Assembly (NCBI GenBank): GCA_965221695.1
Contig: OZ244905.1
Coordinates: 3,008,001 to 3,072,000, forward strand
Origin: Gammaproteobacteria bacterium
Lineage (GTDB): Bacteria > Pseudomonadota > Gammaproteobacteria > Eutrophobiales > Eutrophobiaceae
Direction of reading: 5' to 3'
Length of the DNA: 64,000 nucleotides
Shown here: piece by piece, positions 46,265-58,491 of the stretch
How positions within the stretch are numbered: the stretch's first letter is position 1
Layout of the letters: the number at the start of each line of letters is the position of its first letter
Notes under the pieces: generated by a model
The model's database searches: none
The model's input: only the letters and a program-made list of their open reading frames with translations
Told to the model about the DNA's origin: nothing
Position numbers and translations under genes: made by a program

Positions 46265-47413
46265 TCACCGGGGACAATCAGTATCCGGGTCAGTCTCGTC
46301 AATCAGGTTATCAACGACGGTCTGCAAGGCTTCCTGCTTGTCCATGCCGCCATTGACCGCTTGCCGGTAAGTCCGCACCTGCCGGTGCGCACTGGTGCCG
46401 CGTTCGAGGATGGTACGGGCATGCTCCACCTCGGTTGAGCAGTCCAGGGCCTTGGCGTCCTCTTCCACCAGTCCCAGTATCTCTTCCAGCAACGTCGCGA
46501 AGGGAACCGCCTCGCCCCTGCCGAAGTCGATCAAGCCCTCGTCAGGCCCATAGCGCATCGCGCGCCAGCGGTTCTCGGAGACCAGCATGCGCGAATAGGC
46601 GCGCCAGCGCTGGTTATCCCTGCGCAGGCGGTACAACATGCGCATGAGGCAGACAGTCAGCGCGGCCAGGCAGGCCGCGTCATCCAGGTCGGTACACACA
46701 TCCATAATGCGCGTTTCCAGGGTCGGATAACGGGCGCTGGGGCGTAGGTCCCACCAGATCTTACTGGCGTCTTCTATTACACCGGCGGTCTTGATGATGT
46801 TCACGTGGCGTTCGTATTCGCCGTAGCTGGAGAACTGCTCGGGAAGGCCGGTGCGCACCAGGGCGTCGAACACCGTCAGGCGATAACACAGCAGGCCAGT
46901 GTCATCCCCTTCCCAAAACGGCGAGGAGCAACTCAAGGCCAACAAGTGGGGGAGGAAGTAATTGAACTGATTCATCAGGTCAATGCGCAACTCGTTGTCA
47001 CCAATGCCTACGTGGACATGCATCCCGCAGATCAGCAGACGTCTGGCCGCGGCCTGCATATCCTGTTCGAGTATGTTGTAGCGCTCTTTTTCCGTGGGCA
47101 ACTGCTCGTGCCAGTTGCCGAACGGATGAGTGGATGCGGCGATGGGAGCGAGGCCGTAACGGTCAGCGACTTCGATCACCGCGCGTCTCAGTGACGCCAG
47201 GTCAGCGCGGGCCTCGGCAATAGTCCGGCACGGACGGGTACCCACCTCGATCTGGGAACGCAGGAATTCCGGAGTAACCCGCCCTCCGCACAGCGCCGCG
47301 CACTCATCCACCATGTTGTCAGGCGGATCATTGCACAGGTCGCGTGTCGACTTGTCGACGAGCAGGTACTCTTCCTCAATACCGACGGTGAATTCGGGTT
47401 CAGAGATTAGCAT
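46265..47413 (-). CDS. carboxylate-amine ligase (YbdK / glutamate-cysteine ligase family 2)
   Basis: FTVGIEEEYLLVD, SQIEVGT, ASTHPF, GMHVHVG, SSPFW.G, WWDLRPS, ENRWRA.RYG. Confidence 0.9.
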   Translation of the reverse strand: MLISEPEFTVGIEEEYLLVDKSTRDLCNDPPDNMVDECAALCGGRVTPEFLRSQIEVGTRPCRTIAEARADLASLRRAVIEVADRYGLAPIAASTHPFGNWHEQLPTEKERYNILEQDMQAAARRLLICGMHVHVGIGDNELRIDLMNQFNYFLPHLLALSCSSPFWEGDDTGLLCYRLTVFDALVRTGLPEQFSSYGEYERHVNIIKTAGVIEDASKIWWDLRPSARYPTLETRIMDVCTDLDDAACLAALTVCLMRMLYRLRRDNQRWRAYSRMLVSENRWRAMRYGPDEGLIDFGRGEAVPFATLLEEILGLVEEDAKALDCSTEVEHARTILERGTSAHRQVRTYRQAVNGGMDKQEALQTVVDNLIDETDPDTDCPR

Positions 47414-47418
47414 TAGGT

Positions 47419-48231
47419 TTACCTTGGAATCCTGTACAGCGCCTCATCCGCGAGTATATCACTCAAGGCTTCTGCCAGCAGCGCGCTCCAATGCTTAGCG
47501 CCGGCGTCATCGGCCAGTAAGTCCTGCCGCAGTTCGAGAGATACATTGGCTACGCCCCTGCCCTCGCCGTGGTGGTCCACCGTGTAATCAGCCGGATGGC
47601 GGCCCGAATAGGGTTCATTGTCGCCTACGATCAACTCGGGGTATTGTCTGAGCTTTGCCAGCAGCGGTTGGGCAATACGCGGGTCCTTGTCCCATAATAC
47701 GCCCAGGTGCCAGGGCCGAACCTGATTTGCGAGCACCGGGGTAAAACTATGCACGCTGATAATGACCGGTACGCATCCCCGCGCAATAAAATCGTCGATC
47801 AGGTTGTCAATCGCGCGGTGATAAGGATGGTATAACGCATCGGCGCGGCGCTGCTTCTGCGCGGCGCTGAGGTTTTGATTGCCCGGGATTACGACGCCGT
47901 CGCTTACCGGGATGAACGCAGTGGGGTCGTCCAGGTTGCGGTTGAGATCAACCACCAGCCGGGAGTAGTTGGCAGAGAGCAGTGACGCTCCCAGCAACTC
48001 CGCAAGCAATTTGGCGGTTGCCCGGCTGCCGATGTCAACCGCGATGTGCTGTTGTAACGCATCCGGGCTCAGCCCCAGTCCTTGCAGGCACGCCGGCACG
48101 GCAGCGCCCGCATGATCGGCCACAACCAGGCGCTTCGATGAAGCGCGCCGGTCGATAAACCGGAATGGCTCTGTGTCCGCCGGACCCAACAGCGGCGCGG
48201 ATGATTGTGTATTCTCCAAAGACCTGGTCAT
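47419..48231 (-). CDS. N-formylglutamate amidohydrolase family protein
   Basis: DHAG..VP, HIAVDIG, YSRLVVDLNR, IPGN, SVHSFTP, GDNEPY, LELRQDL; start uncertain. Confidence 0.88.
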   Translation of the reverse strand: MTRSLENTQSSAPLLGPADTEPFRFIDRRASSKRLVVADHAGAAVPACLQGLGLSPDALQQHIAVDIGSRATAKLLAELLGASLLSANYSRLVVDLNRNLDDPTAFIPVSDGVVIPGNQNLSAAQKQRRADALYHPYHRAIDNLIDDFIARGCVPVIISVHSFTPVLANQVRPWHLGVLWDKDPRIAQPLLAKLRQYPELIVGDNEPYSGRHPADYTVDHHGEGRGVANVSLELRQDLLADDAGAKHWSALLAEALSDILADEALYRIPR

Positions 48232-48295
48232 TTGGGCGCATAGTCCTCTATTGTTTGCCACCAATCAAGCCAGCCCGGCAGGGCAAACACATACT

Positions 48296-48331
48296 TTAGC
48301 AACCTCTGAGATTAAGTCAGTGATTCCTTAA
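48296..48331. repeat. short palindromic element, family B
   Basis: TTAGCAACCTCTGA-GATTAAG-TCAGTGATTCCTTAA. Confidence 0.75.
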
Positions 48332-48425
48332 CTTAATTGTGACTTTATTTTGAACTTACTGTATCATAGATACATTGAATGCTGCGGGCACAGCGGCAGG
48401 CATGTCAGCCACAGCATTCACATAC

Positions 48426-48502
48426 AGGCGCGTAGCTCAGTTGGTTAGAGCACTACCTCGACACGGTAGGGGTCGTTGGTTCGAATCCAATCGCGCCTAC
48501 CA
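48426..48502 (+). tRNA. tRNA-Val(GAC)
   Basis: AGGCGCGTAGCTCAG...CTACC-TCGACAC-GGTAG...CGCGCCTACCA; 77 nt. Confidence 0.93.
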
Positions 48503-48565
48503 GACATTCACCCCGCGTTTTGTTTTACTCGGGGCGAGTCACAATCCACAACATTGATGATCTCT

Positions 48566-48670
48566 GACCTGATGAGCATCTGCAGATGCTCGTCGGGTAA
48601 CATGTGGCCTGTTGTGGGGGCCACCACTGATTGAGCGCGGCCACCTTTCGGAAAACCCGGCTCAAGGAGA
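48566..48670 (+). promoter_or_regulatory. structured thrS leader with an anticodon-like hairpin
   Basis: Hairpin ACCTGATGAGCATC..GATGCTCGTCGGGT; GTGGCCT-GTTGTGG-GGGCCAC (7-nt loop centred on TGT); TTGAGC/GCTCAA pair next to the AAGGAG RBS. Confidence 0.5.
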
Positions 48671-48674
48671 CAGT

Positions 48675-50570
48675 ATGCCTGTTATTTCCCTGCCTGACGG
48701 TAGTCGGCGCAGCTATGACGACCCCTTGCCGGTTCTGGATATTGCCGCAGACATCGGTCCCGGGCTGGCGCGCGCAACCTTGGCCGCCGAAGTGGACGGC
48801 AAGCTGGTCGACGCTTCCCAGTTGGTAGATACTGATGCGAGTGTGCGCATCATTACTGCGCGCGACGAACAAGGACTGGAAATACTGCGCCATTCCTGCG
48901 CCCACTTGATGGCGCAGGCGGTCAAAGAGTTGTTCCCGGAAGCCCAGGTGACCATCGGTCCCGTCATTGAGGACGGGTTTTATTATGATTTCGCCTTCGA
49001 GCGTTCATTCACACCGGATGACTTGGCTGCAATCGAGGATAAAATGCTCGAGTTGGCCCGGCAGGATCTGGATGTCAGTCGCTTTGTCATGGCGCGGGAC
49101 GAGGCGGTCGCCTTCTTTCGTGGCCAGGGCGAGGAATACAAGGCGCAAATTATCGAATCCATACCCGAGCAAGAGGAATTGTCACTGTATCGGCAGGGCG
49201 ATTTTGTCGACCTCTGTCGCGGACCCCATGTCCCCAGTACCGGCAGACTGAGCGCTTTCAAACTGACCAAGTTAGCCGGCGCCTACTGGCGCGGCGACTC
49301 CCGCAATCAAATGTTGCAGCGTATCTACGGCACCGCATGGCCGGACCGCAAAGCTTTGAAACAATATCTGAAGCGATTGGAAGAGGCGGAGAAACGCGAC
49401 CATCGTAAGCTGGGACGCAAGCAGGACCTGTTCCATTTCCAGGAAGAGGCGCCGGGACTGGTATTCTGGCACCCCAAGGGTTGGACTCTGTATAACGTGG
49501 TCAGGGATCATATCCGCGCTAAATTGGCGGGCAAAGGTTACCAGGAGATCAACACTCCGTTGGCCTTGGACCGCAGCCTGTGGGAAAAATCCGGTCACTG
49601 GGACAAGTTTCATGCAGACATGTTCACCACCAGTTCGGAAAACCGCGATTATGCTATCAAGCCGATGAATTGCCCCGGTCACATCCAGGTGTACAATCAG
49701 GGGCTCAAAAGCTATCGGGACTTGCCGCTGCGCTTTGCGGAATTCGGTTCCTGCCACCGCAACGAAGCCTCGGGGACTTTACACGGCCTGATGCGGGTCA
49801 GGGGATTTACCCAGGACGACGCCCACATCTTCTGCACCGAAGACCAGATTCAGTCCGAGGTTTCTGACTTTATCGATCTGTTGTTCGAAGTCTACCGCGA
49901 TTTCGGTTTCTCTGATGTGATCATGAAGTTGTCAACCCGCCCGGAAAACCGGGTGGGAGATGATTCGATCTGGGACAAAGCCGAGCAGGCCTTGGAGCAG
50001 GCGCTCACGGACAAGGGAGTGGACTGGGACCTGCAACCGGGAGAAGGCGCGTTCTACGGGCCCAAGATCGATTTTTCCCTCAAAGACAGCATCGGCCGGG
50101 TATGGCAATGCGGGACTATCCAGGCGGATTTTTCCATGCCGGGACGGCTGGACGCACAATACATAGATGACAATAATGAGAAACAAACGCCTGTCATGCT
50201 ACACCGGGCTATCCTGGGTTCACTGGAACGCTTCATAGGCATTCTCATTGAGCATTACGCGGGCTCGTTCCCGCTCTGGTTGGCGCCGGTTCAGATCGTG
50301 GTCTCCTCAATTACCCAAAATCAGGCGGACTATGCGCGCTCTGTGGCGCAAACCATTCAGGAGTATGGTTTTCGCACAAATACGGACTTGAGAAATGAAA
50401 CGATCAACCTTAAAATCCGCCAGCACACGTTGCAGCGTGTGCCTTACCAGTTGATAATCGGCGCGCGCGAGCAGGAAAATGAGACCGTGGCAGTTCGCAC
50501 GCGTGACGGTAAGGACCTTGGTGTGCTACCATTAAATACTTTTATCGATCAAGCGCGGAAAGAGATATGA
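48675..50570 (+). CDS. thrS: threonine--tRNA ligase
   Basis: [53 protein letters not shown]. Confidence 0.98.
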   Translation: MPVISLPDGSRRSYDDPLPVLDIAADIGPGLARATLAAEVDGKLVDASQLVDTDASVRIITARDEQGLEILRHSCAHLMAQAVKELFPEAQVTIGPVIEDGFYYDFAFERSFTPDDLAAIEDKMLELARQDLDVSRFVMARDEAVAFFRGQGEEYKAQIIESIPEQEELSLYRQGDFVDLCRGPHVPSTGRLSAFKLTKLAGAYWRGDSRNQMLQRIYGTAWPDRKALKQYLKRLEEAEKRDHRKLGRKQDLFHFQEEAPGLVFWHPKGWTLYNVVRDHIRAKLAGKGYQEINTPLALDRSLWEKSGHWDKFHADMFTTSSENRDYAIKPMNCPGHIQVYNQGLKSYRDLPLRFAEFGSCHRNEASGTLHGLMRVRGFTQDDAHIFCTEDQIQSEVSDFIDLLFEVYRDFGFSDVIMKLSTRPENRVGDDSIWDKAEQALEQALTDKGVDWDLQPGEGAFYGPKIDFSLKDSIGRVWQCGTIQADFSMPGRLDAQYIDDNNEKQTPVMLHRAILGSLERFIGILIEHYAGSFPLWLAPVQIVVSSITQNQADYARSVAQTIQEYGFRTNTDLRNETINLKIRQHTLQRVPYQLIIGAREQENETVAVRTRDGKDLGVLPLNTFIDQARKEI

Positions 50571-50634
50571 TCAGGCGCGGCATCACTGATTAATGACACA
50601 GACAAGCCTGTGACAAGATACGGAGGAATAACGA

Positions 50635-51150
50635 ATCGCCATTAAGAAACAGAATCGCGTGAATGAAGAAATAACGGCCGTCGAGGTAAGATTGATCGGT
50701 CCGCAGGGCGGGCAGGTCGGTATCGTCGGCTTGGATGACGCCTTGCGACAGGCAGATGATGAGGAACTCGACCTGGTCGAGATTGTGCCCAATGCGGAGC
50801 CTCCCGTTTGCAGGATCATGGACTTCGGTAAGTTCCTGTTTGAACAAAACAAGAAAAAGCACGCTGCAAAGAAGAAACAGAAGCAGATCCACGTCAAGGA
50901 AGTGAAGTTCAGACCAGGCACTGACGATGGCGATTATCAGGTAAAGTTGAGGAACATCATGCGTTTTGTGCAAAACGGTGACAAGGTTAAAGTGACTTTG
51001 CGTTTCCGTGGCCGCGAGATGGCTCACCAGGAACTTGGCAGCAAGATGCTGGACCGGATAGAAACGGATATGGAGCAAAGCGCGGAAGTGGAGCAAAAAG
51101 CAAAACTCGAAGGCCGCCAGATGGTAATGATACTGGCGCCGAAACGGTAA
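50635..51150 (+). CDS. infC: translation initiation factor IF-3 (non-ATG start)
   Basis: GGAGG 8 nt before an in-frame ATC (alternative ATT at 50641); LDLVEI.P.A.PPVC.IMD.GK, KE.KFRP, FRGRE. Confidence 0.95.
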   Translation: MAIKKQNRVNEEITAVEVRLIGPQGGQVGIVGLDDALRQADDEELDLVEIVPNAEPPVCRIMDFGKFLFEQNKKKHAAKKKQKQIHVKEVKFRPGTDDGDYQVKLRNIMRFVQNGDKVKVTLRFRGREMAHQELGSKMLDRIETDMEQSAEVEQKAKLEGRQMVMILAPKR

Positions 51151-51157
51151 ACAAATT

Positions 51158-51355
51158 ATGCCTAAATTAAAAACCAATCGTGGCGCAGCCAAGCGCTTTA
51201 CCAAGACCGCGTCGGGCCGGTACAAACACCGGCAGTCCCATCGCAGCCATATCCTGACGAAAAAAAGCGCAAAACGGATCAGGAAGTTGCGTCACATGCA
51301 GTTGATTAACAAAAGTGACGAGAAGGCGCTGGCGCAGTTGTTACCGTACAGTTGA
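51158..51355 (+). CDS. rpmI: 50S ribosomal protein L35
   Basis: [20 protein letters not shown]. Confidence 0.97.
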   Translation: MPKLKTNRGAAKRFTKTASGRYKHRQSHRSHILTKKSAKRIRKLRHMQLINKSDEKALAQLLPYS

Positions 51356-51367
51356 GGAATTTCAGTC

Positions 51368-51721
51368 ATGCCGAGAGTAAAACGGGGCGTTACAGCACGC
51401 GCCAGACATAAAAAAGTCATCCAACAGGCCAAAGGTTACCGCGGGCGCCGCAAAAACGTCTACCGGGTAGCCAAACAAGCGGTCACAAAAGCCGGCCAAT
51501 ATGCTTACCGGGACCGGCGTCAGCGTAAACGGCAGTTTCGTGCGCTCTGGATTACCCGCATCAATGCGGCTGCCAGGGAGCATGGCCTGTCCTATAGCCG
51601 ATTCATGGATGGGTTGCACAAGGCGGATATCCAGATTGATCGCAAAGTGCTGGCGGAACTCGCGGTCAACGACAAGCACGCATTTTTGCAACTGGCGGAG
51701 CAGGCCAGGCAGAATATCTGA
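51368..51721 (+). CDS. rplT: 50S ribosomal protein L20
   Basis: [27 protein letters not shown]. Confidence 0.98.
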   Translation: MPRVKRGVTARARHKKVIQQAKGYRGRRKNVYRVAKQAVTKAGQYAYRDRRQRKRQFRALWITRINAAAREHGLSYSRFMDGLHKADIQIDRKVLAELAVNDKHAFLQLAEQARQNI

Positions 51722-51737
51722 CTGGAAGAGGGTGTAG

Positions 51738-52733
<996 letters not shown>

Positions 52734-52745
52734 ACTGTATTGCCC

Positions 52746-55181
52746 ATGAAATTCAGCGAACAATGGTTGCGCGAGTGGGTGAACCCGCCGATATCGACCG
52801 AGACCCTCGCGGACCAGTTGACCATGGCGGGCATGGAGGTCGAAGATGTGGTGGCCGCGGCGCCGCCGCTGGATGACGTGGTGGTGGCCAGGGTAGAGCA
52901 GGTTACCGCACATCCTGACGCAGACAAGCTCTCAGTCTGTACGGTAAAAAAAGACGCGGGCGCGCCGGTAACTGTGGTGACCGGCGCGCCGGGCGTACAG
53001 CCCGGGCGTTGTTATGCGTACGCGGGGGTCGGCGCGCGCTTGCCTGGTTCCGTTGTGATCAAGGAGACGAAGATCCGTGGTGTAACCTCTGCGGGCATGC
53101 TTTGCTCCGCGGCGGAGTTGCAGTTATCGGATGACGCGGATGAATTGTTTCTGCTTGCCGATGATGCCGAACCCGGCGCCGCGCTGGCTGCTGCGATGCA
53201 ACTCGATGACCGGGTGTTTGACATCGGCCTGACGCCGAACCGGGGTGACTGCCTGAGCATACAGGGTATAGCCCGGGAAGTTGCGGTGATTAACGGGATG
53301 CAGCTTGATAACTTGCCGGACGATACGCCTGTTGCGGCAGTTCATGAACAGGTTCGGAACGTAAGCCTGGACGCCCCTGACGCTTGTCCGCGCTACTTGG
53401 GGCGTATCATCACGAACATCGATATGACGTGTCCCAGCCCGTTGTGGTTGCGGGAAAAACTGCGCCGCTGCGGACTGCGCAGCCTGAACGCGGTGGTTGA
53501 TGTCACCAATTACGTGATGCTGGAACTGGGGCAACCCCTGCATGCTTTTGACAACGACCGGTTGAACGGCGCGATAGCGGTGCGCTTTGCCGCCGAGGGC
53601 GAGGAAATCACGTTGCTCGATGGCGAAACTCACCCGATGCCGGCCTCGACCCTGGTCATTGCCGATGCGGCGCGCGCGCTGGCCATGGCCGGGGTGATGG
53701 GTGGGCTGGATTCAGCCGTCAGCGCCACGACCCGGCGCCTGTTCCTGGAGAGCGCTTTTTTTGACCCGCTCGTCGTTGCCGGCCGGGCACGGCAGTTCGG
53801 CATGCACACGGACGCGTCCCACCGGTTTGAGCGCGGTGTGGATTTCAGTTTGCAACGGCGCGCGCTGGAACGCGCGACGCGTCTGCTCCTGGATATTTGC
53901 GGCGGCGAACCAGGCCCGGTGATCGAGGCGCTGGCGCAGCAGGCATTGCCGCAGCGGCAGGCCGTCGGGATGCGTCCGGCGGCCGCCGCGGAGTTGCTGG
54001 GCGAAGCCATAAGCATGGAGACCTGCACCGATATCCTCACGCGCCTGGGCCTGGAGCCGGCGACTGATGACGCCGCGGCTGGTTGCCGCCGGTTTAACGT
54101 GCCCCCACACCGTTTTGATATCAGCCTGGAGGCGGACCTGGTGGAAGAGGTTGCTCGCATCTACGGCTATCGGAATATCAATAGCGCGTTGCCGCCGGCG
54201 CGCCTCGGCATGCGTCGGCCCGGGTTTCGTGATCGTATCGATTCCATGCGCCAGGCGCTGGTGGGCCGCGGCTACCAGGAGGCGATTACCTACAGTTTTG
54301 TCAGCCACGATCTGCAATCCCGATTGTTTCCTGATACTGTCAGCATTGCCTTGTTGAATGCCATTTCCGTTGATATGGAGCGCATGCGTGTCAGCCTGTG
54401 GCCGGGCCTGTTAGGAGCATTGCGGTATAATCTCAACCGCCGGCAGGCGCGCGTGCGCCTGTTTGAAACCGGTAAGGTGTTCAGCGCTGACGGCGCTGTC
54501 CGGCAGTCGCTTGCGCTAAGCGGACTGAGCTATGGCGCGACAGAGCCGGAACAATGGAGCCAGGAGAGCGCGGCCGGTGATTTCTACGATATCAAGTCTG
54601 ACGTGGAATCGGTTATATCCGCTTGTTGCGGCCAGGCTGCGCCGGAATACATGCCTGCCGTCGTGCCGGCGCTGCATCATGGCAAGGCCGCTCGGATTAT
54701 TGTCGGCGACCAGCCCATTGGCCTGATAGGAGCGCTACACCCGGCCATACAGGATGTGCTGGAAATAGAAACCGAAGTCTGCCTATTCGAGTTGTGCCTG
54801 GATAAAATGCCGGAAACAAACCAGGTGAAATATAAGCCGGTGTCGAAGTTCCCTGTCGTGAAACGTGACCTGTCTATACTGGTAGACGAGGATATTCCTA
54901 TCGTCAACCTTTTAAACAACGTAAGCGGGACAAATTTGAACGTTGAGCTTGATTCCTCTGCGCGAGAGTCCAAGGCGCCTGGTTTGGCAAAGTTCCTGGC
55001 AGACCTGGAGTTGGTGGATGTTTACCAGGGGCTCCCGGTTCCGAAGGGAAAAAAAAGTGTCACATTGGGCTTGACGTTTCAACGATTATCGGACACTCTT
55101 ATACATGAACATGTGGATAGCATGATGTCTCAGATACTGGATTCTCTTTATAGAGAATTTGACGCACAGTTGAGGGAATAA
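52746..55181 (+). CDS. pheT: phenylalanine--tRNA ligase beta subunit
   Basis: [57 protein letters not shown]. Confidence 0.97.
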   Translation: MKFSEQWLREWVNPPISTETLADQLTMAGMEVEDVVAAAPPLDDVVVARVEQVTAHPDADKLSVCTVKKDAGAPVTVVTGAPGVQPGRCYAYAGVGARLPGSVVIKETKIRGVTSAGMLCSAAELQLSDDADELFLLADDAEPGAALAAAMQLDDRVFDIGLTPNRGDCLSIQGIAREVAVINGMQLDNLPDDTPVAAVHEQVRNVSLDAPDACPRYLGRIITNIDMTCPSPLWLREKLRRCGLRSLNAVVDVTNYVMLELGQPLHAFDNDRLNGAIAVRFAAEGEEITLLDGETHPMPASTLVIADAARALAMAGVMGGLDSAVSATTRRLFLESAFFDPLVVAGRARQFGMHTDASHRFERGVDFSLQRRALERATRLLLDICGGEPGPVIEALAQQALPQRQAVGMRPAAAAELLGEAISMETCTDILTRLGLEPATDDAAAGCRRFNVPPHRFDISLEADLVEEVARIYGYRNINSALPPARLGMRRPGFRDRIDSMRQALVGRGYQEAITYSFVSHDLQSRLFPDTVSIALLNAISVDMERMRVSLWPGLLGALRYNLNRRQARVRLFETGKVFSADGAVRQSLALSGLSYGATEPEQWSQESAAGDFYDIKSDVESVISACCGQAAPEYMPAVVPALHHGKAARIIVGDQPIGLIGALHPAIQDVLEIETEVCLFELCLDKMPETNQVKYKPVSKFPVVKRDLSILVDEDIPIVNLLNNVSGTNLNVELDSSARESKAPGLAKFLADLELVDVYQGLPVPKGKKSVTLGLTFQRLSDTLIHEHVDSMMSQILDSLYREFDAQLRE

Positions 55182-55183
55182 GA

Positions 55184-55489
55184 ATGGCAGCATTGACTAA
55201 AGCGGACATGGCCGAAAGGCTCCATCATCAGGATGGTCTGAACAAGCGCGAGGCTAAGGAAATAGTGGAAATGTTTTTTGAGGAGATACGTTCCGCGCTG
55301 GAAACCGGGAATCAGGTCAAGCTTTCCGGCTTTGGTAACTTTGAACTACGAAACAAAAAACAGCGGCCGGGTCGCAATCCGAAGACTGGGAAGGAAGTCC
55401 CTATCAGCGCGCGTCGTGTGGTAACGTTTCGCCCCGGACAAAAACTGAAAGCGAGAGTGGAGGCCTATGCTGGAACCGGCGCTGAATAG
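55184..55489 (+). CDS. ihfA: integration host factor subunit alpha
   Basis: [34 protein letters not shown]. Confidence 0.97.
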   Translation: MAALTKADMAERLHHQDGLNKREAKEIVEMFFEEIRSALETGNQVKLSGFGNFELRNKKQRPGRNPKTGKEVPISARRVVTFRPGQKLKARVEAYAGTGAE

Positions 55490-55823
55490 TGAATTGCCTG
55501 CAATTCCAAGCAAAAGGTATTTCACAATTGGTGAAGTCAGCGAGTTATGCTTGGTCAAGCCGCATGTATTGCGTTATTGGGAGCAGGAGTTCCCCCAACT
55601 AAAACCCCTTAAACGGCGTGGCAACAGGCGTTATTATCAAAGACAGGATGTGATATTAATCAGACAAATCCGGAGTCTGCTCTATGAGCATGGGTTTACC
55701 ATCAGCGGCGCCAAGCAGCGGCTGTCCGGAGATGAAGCTCGGGAAGATTCCAACCAGAGCCAGCAGATTATTCGTCAATTGTGTGTTGAACTGGAAAAAG
55801 TCAGAGATCTGTTGCGGCGTTGA
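55467..55823 (+). CDS. MerR-family regulator conserved downstream of ihfA
   Basis: [36 protein letters not shown]. Confidence 0.92.
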   Translation: MLEPALNSELPAIPSKRYFTIGEVSELCLVKPHVLRYWEQEFPQLKPLKRRGNRRYYQRQDVILIRQIRSLLYEHGFTISGAKQRLSGDEAREDSNQSQQIIRQLCVELEKVRDLLRR

Positions 55824-55880
55824 CTGCTTGCTGACGGCATTCTGTTCATTATCTTATTACCCTTTCCTGAAGCGGATTTG

Positions 55881-55963
55881 GACATCCGAAGGATGCCCGA
55901 AGGGTGTGCGCCACGGAAGGCGCTCTGAAAAGTTGAGGATGGACTTGTTCAGAGCTTCCCTAA
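55881..55963. repeat. longer/degenerate element ending in a family B arm
   Basis: GCTCTGAAAAGT...ACTTGTTCAGAGCTTCCCTAA hairpin, preceded by small hairpins (CATCCGAAGGATG, CCCGAAGGG). Confidence 0.5.
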
Positions 55964-55973
55964 AATTATCGGC

Positions 55974-56050
<77 letters not shown>

Positions 56051-56108
56051 TTATCAAAACGTCTGGCTCGCATCGCTTGCTAATGCGGGTCAGCCAGGAT
56101 AACTTTCA

Positions 56109-56654
56109 TTGTTGAAACCATCGACTGTCTTGCTGGTTTGTTTGAGTCTGCTTGCAGGAGGGTGCGGCAGCGAGAAAACCGCGCTGCAGGCTTTTGAAGC
56201 CGGCGATTACGCGAGCGCATACAAACTCTTCAGGCCTTTGGCAGATTCCGGCGACCTTACGGCCCAGAATTATCTGGGAACTCTTTTTTATCTGGGGCTG
56301 GGTGTAGAACGTGATTGGAGCCAGGCCCTGAACTGGTATGAAAAAGCGGCAACACAGGGTGACCCCGGAGCGCAACTCAACTATGGATTGATGCTCCAAA
56401 ACGGCAATGGAGTAGCCCCGGATATCGGCGCGGCTTTCATGTGGTACTATGCTTCCTATCGGCAGGGTAATATGATTGCCAGGCGTTACCTGGATTCTCT
56501 GGCTGATGATAATCTGCTGAGTCCTAACCAGATCGACTATGCCAAGCTCCGGGCAAGAAAATATATCGTCAACACCGTCGTGGCGGAGCAAGGCACAGAG
56601 GGCAGTTTGTTTCGAAACCGGCTGCAACCAGGAAACCATTCCGGTAATCAGTGA
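56109..56654 (+). CDS. Sel1-repeat lipoprotein
   Basis: Lipobox-like LLAGGC; AQNYLG.LF..G.GV..D...A..WY.KAA.QG...AQ repeats. Confidence 0.8.
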   Translation: MLKPSTVLLVCLSLLAGGCGSEKTALQAFEAGDYASAYKLFRPLADSGDLTAQNYLGTLFYLGLGVERDWSQALNWYEKAATQGDPGAQLNYGLMLQNGNGVAPDIGAAFMWYYASYRQGNMIARRYLDSLADDNLLSPNQIDYAKLRARKYIVNTVVAEQGTEGSLFRNRLQPGNHSGNQ

Positions 56655-58483
56655 TGTGTGGCATCGTCGGCGCGGTGGCGGGGAGGGATGTAACGCCCAT
56701 CCTCCTCGAAGGGCTCCGGAGACTGGAGTACCGCGGTTATGATTCTGCCGGGGTTGTTGTGCTCAATAATGCCTCGGGTTTCGACCGGGTCAGGGTCCAG
56801 GGCAAGGTCAAAGAACTTACCCAATCGGTTGCCGCTGCGTCCCTGACCGGCAATGCCGGCCTTGCGCATACCCGCTGGGCCACCCACGGCCGTCCCAGCG
56901 TGCATAATGCCCACCCACACATCTGCAAAGATGAAATCGCTGTGGTGCATAACGGCATAATTGAGAATCATGACGCCTTGCGAAAGGAACAGATAGGCGC
57001 TGGTTACACGTTTGCGTCAGAAACGGATACGGAGGTAATCGTCAACCAGATCCATCATCACTTGCAGTGCGGCAATACCTTGCTACAAGCGGTAAAAGCT
57101 ACCGTTGCGGAACTGCAAGGCACCTACGCGCTGGGTGTGATAGACAAGAACCGCCCGGAGCGGCTGGTGGCCGCCAGGAAAGGCAGTCCTCTGGTCATCG
57201 GCATAGGCATCCGTGAACATTTTATTTCTTCCGATATCTTTGCCTTGTTGCCGGTTACCCGACAGTTCATCGTTATGGAAGAAGGCGATCTTGCCGAGAT
57301 TGACCGTGACCAGGTCCTTATCCTTGACCGGCTCGGCAACCGGGTTGAGAGGCTGCGGATTACATCGGAAATTTCGTCGGACAGCACGGACAAGGCCGGT
57401 TACCGTCATTATATGGCCAAGGAAATATTGACTCAGCCCGCGGCAGTCGCCGACACCCTTGAGGGTAGGATTGAGAATGGCGCAATTATCGAGTCTGAGT
57501 TCGGGGTATCTGCGCCGGCGCTGTTCGACCGGGTGGAAAACGTTCATATCATTGCCTGTGGCAGCAGTTACCATGCAGGCCTGGTAGCCAGGTACTGGCT
57601 GGAGTCGGAAGGCATACAATGCAGTGTGGACATTGCCAGCGAATACCGTTATCGCGACACCGTGGCGCCGCCTAATACCCTGTTTCTGACGATTTCCCAA
57701 TCGGGCGAAACCCTGGATGTGTTGGAGGCCGTGCGCCAGGCCGCCGCCAGGCCTTATCTTGCCAGCCTTGCCATCTGTAATGTTCCGGAAAGTTCATTGA
57801 CCCGCGAAGCGGAACTGATTTTTTTTACCCGCGCCGGGATAGAAATCGGTGTTGCTTCGACCAAGACATTTACCACCCAGTTGGTTGCCCTGTATATCCT
57901 GGTGATTGCGCTGGCTCGGCGGCGCGGTCTGGACAAACAGAAGGAAGCGCAGCGGGTCAATCTGTTACAGAGATTGCCCGGCCAGATTAACCAGATGTTG
58001 GAACTGGATGAGCAGTTGGAACAACTGGCCGAGGAGTTCATTCACAAGCAGCATACGCTATTCGTAGGCAGGGGAACGATGCTGCCGATCGCCATGGAAG
58101 GCGCATTGAAACTGAAGGAAATTTCCTATATTCACGCGGAAGCCTACGCGGCCGGAGAACTGAAACACGGCCCTCTGGCGCTGATTGATAATGAAATGCC
58201 GGTGATTGCCGTGGCGCCGAATAACAGCTTGCTGGGAAAGCTGAACTCCAATTTACAGGAAGCCCGCGCGCGCGGCGCCAAACTATATGTTTTTTCAGAC
58301 GCCGAGTTGTCTATGGAAGTAAGCGCCGCCCTCAAAGTCGTGCGCTTGCCCGCAGTAGAGAACAGTATTGCGCCGATAGTCTATAACGTGCCTTTGCAAT
58401 TGCTTTCCTACCATGTCGCCGTGCTCAAGGGCGCGGATGTAGACCAGCCGAGAAACCTGGCCAAGTCTGTTACCGTTGAATGA
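56654..58483 (+). CDS. glmS: glutamine--fructose-6-phosphate transaminase
   Basis: MCGIVG, LEYRGYDSAG, HTRWATHG, SQSGET, ELKHGP, terminal PRNLAKSVTVE. Confidence 0.98.
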   Translation: MCGIVGAVAGRDVTPILLEGLRRLEYRGYDSAGVVVLNNASGFDRVRVQGKVKELTQSVAAASLTGNAGLAHTRWATHGRPSVHNAHPHICKDEIAVVHNGIIENHDALRKEQIGAGYTFASETDTEVIVNQIHHHLQCGNTLLQAVKATVAELQGTYALGVIDKNRPERLVAARKGSPLVIGIGIREHFISSDIFALLPVTRQFIVMEEGDLAEIDRDQVLILDRLGNRVERLRITSEISSDSTDKAGYRHYMAKEILTQPAAVADTLEGRIENGAIIESEFGVSAPALFDRVENVHIIACGSSYHAGLVARYWLESEGIQCSVDIASEYRYRDTVAPPNTLFLTISQSGETLDVLEAVRQAAARPYLASLAICNVPESSLTREAELIFFTRAGIEIGVASTKTFTTQLVALYILVIALARRRGLDKQKEAQRVNLLQRLPGQINQMLELDEQLEQLAEEFIHKQHTLFVGRGTMLPIAMEGALKLKEISYIHAEAYAAGELKHGPLALIDNEMPVIAVAPNNSLLGKLNSNLQEARARGAKLYVFSDAELSMEVSAALKVVRLPAVENSIAPIVYNVPLQLLSYHVAVLKGADVDQPRNLAKSVTVE

Positions 58484-58491
58484 ATTGCCGG

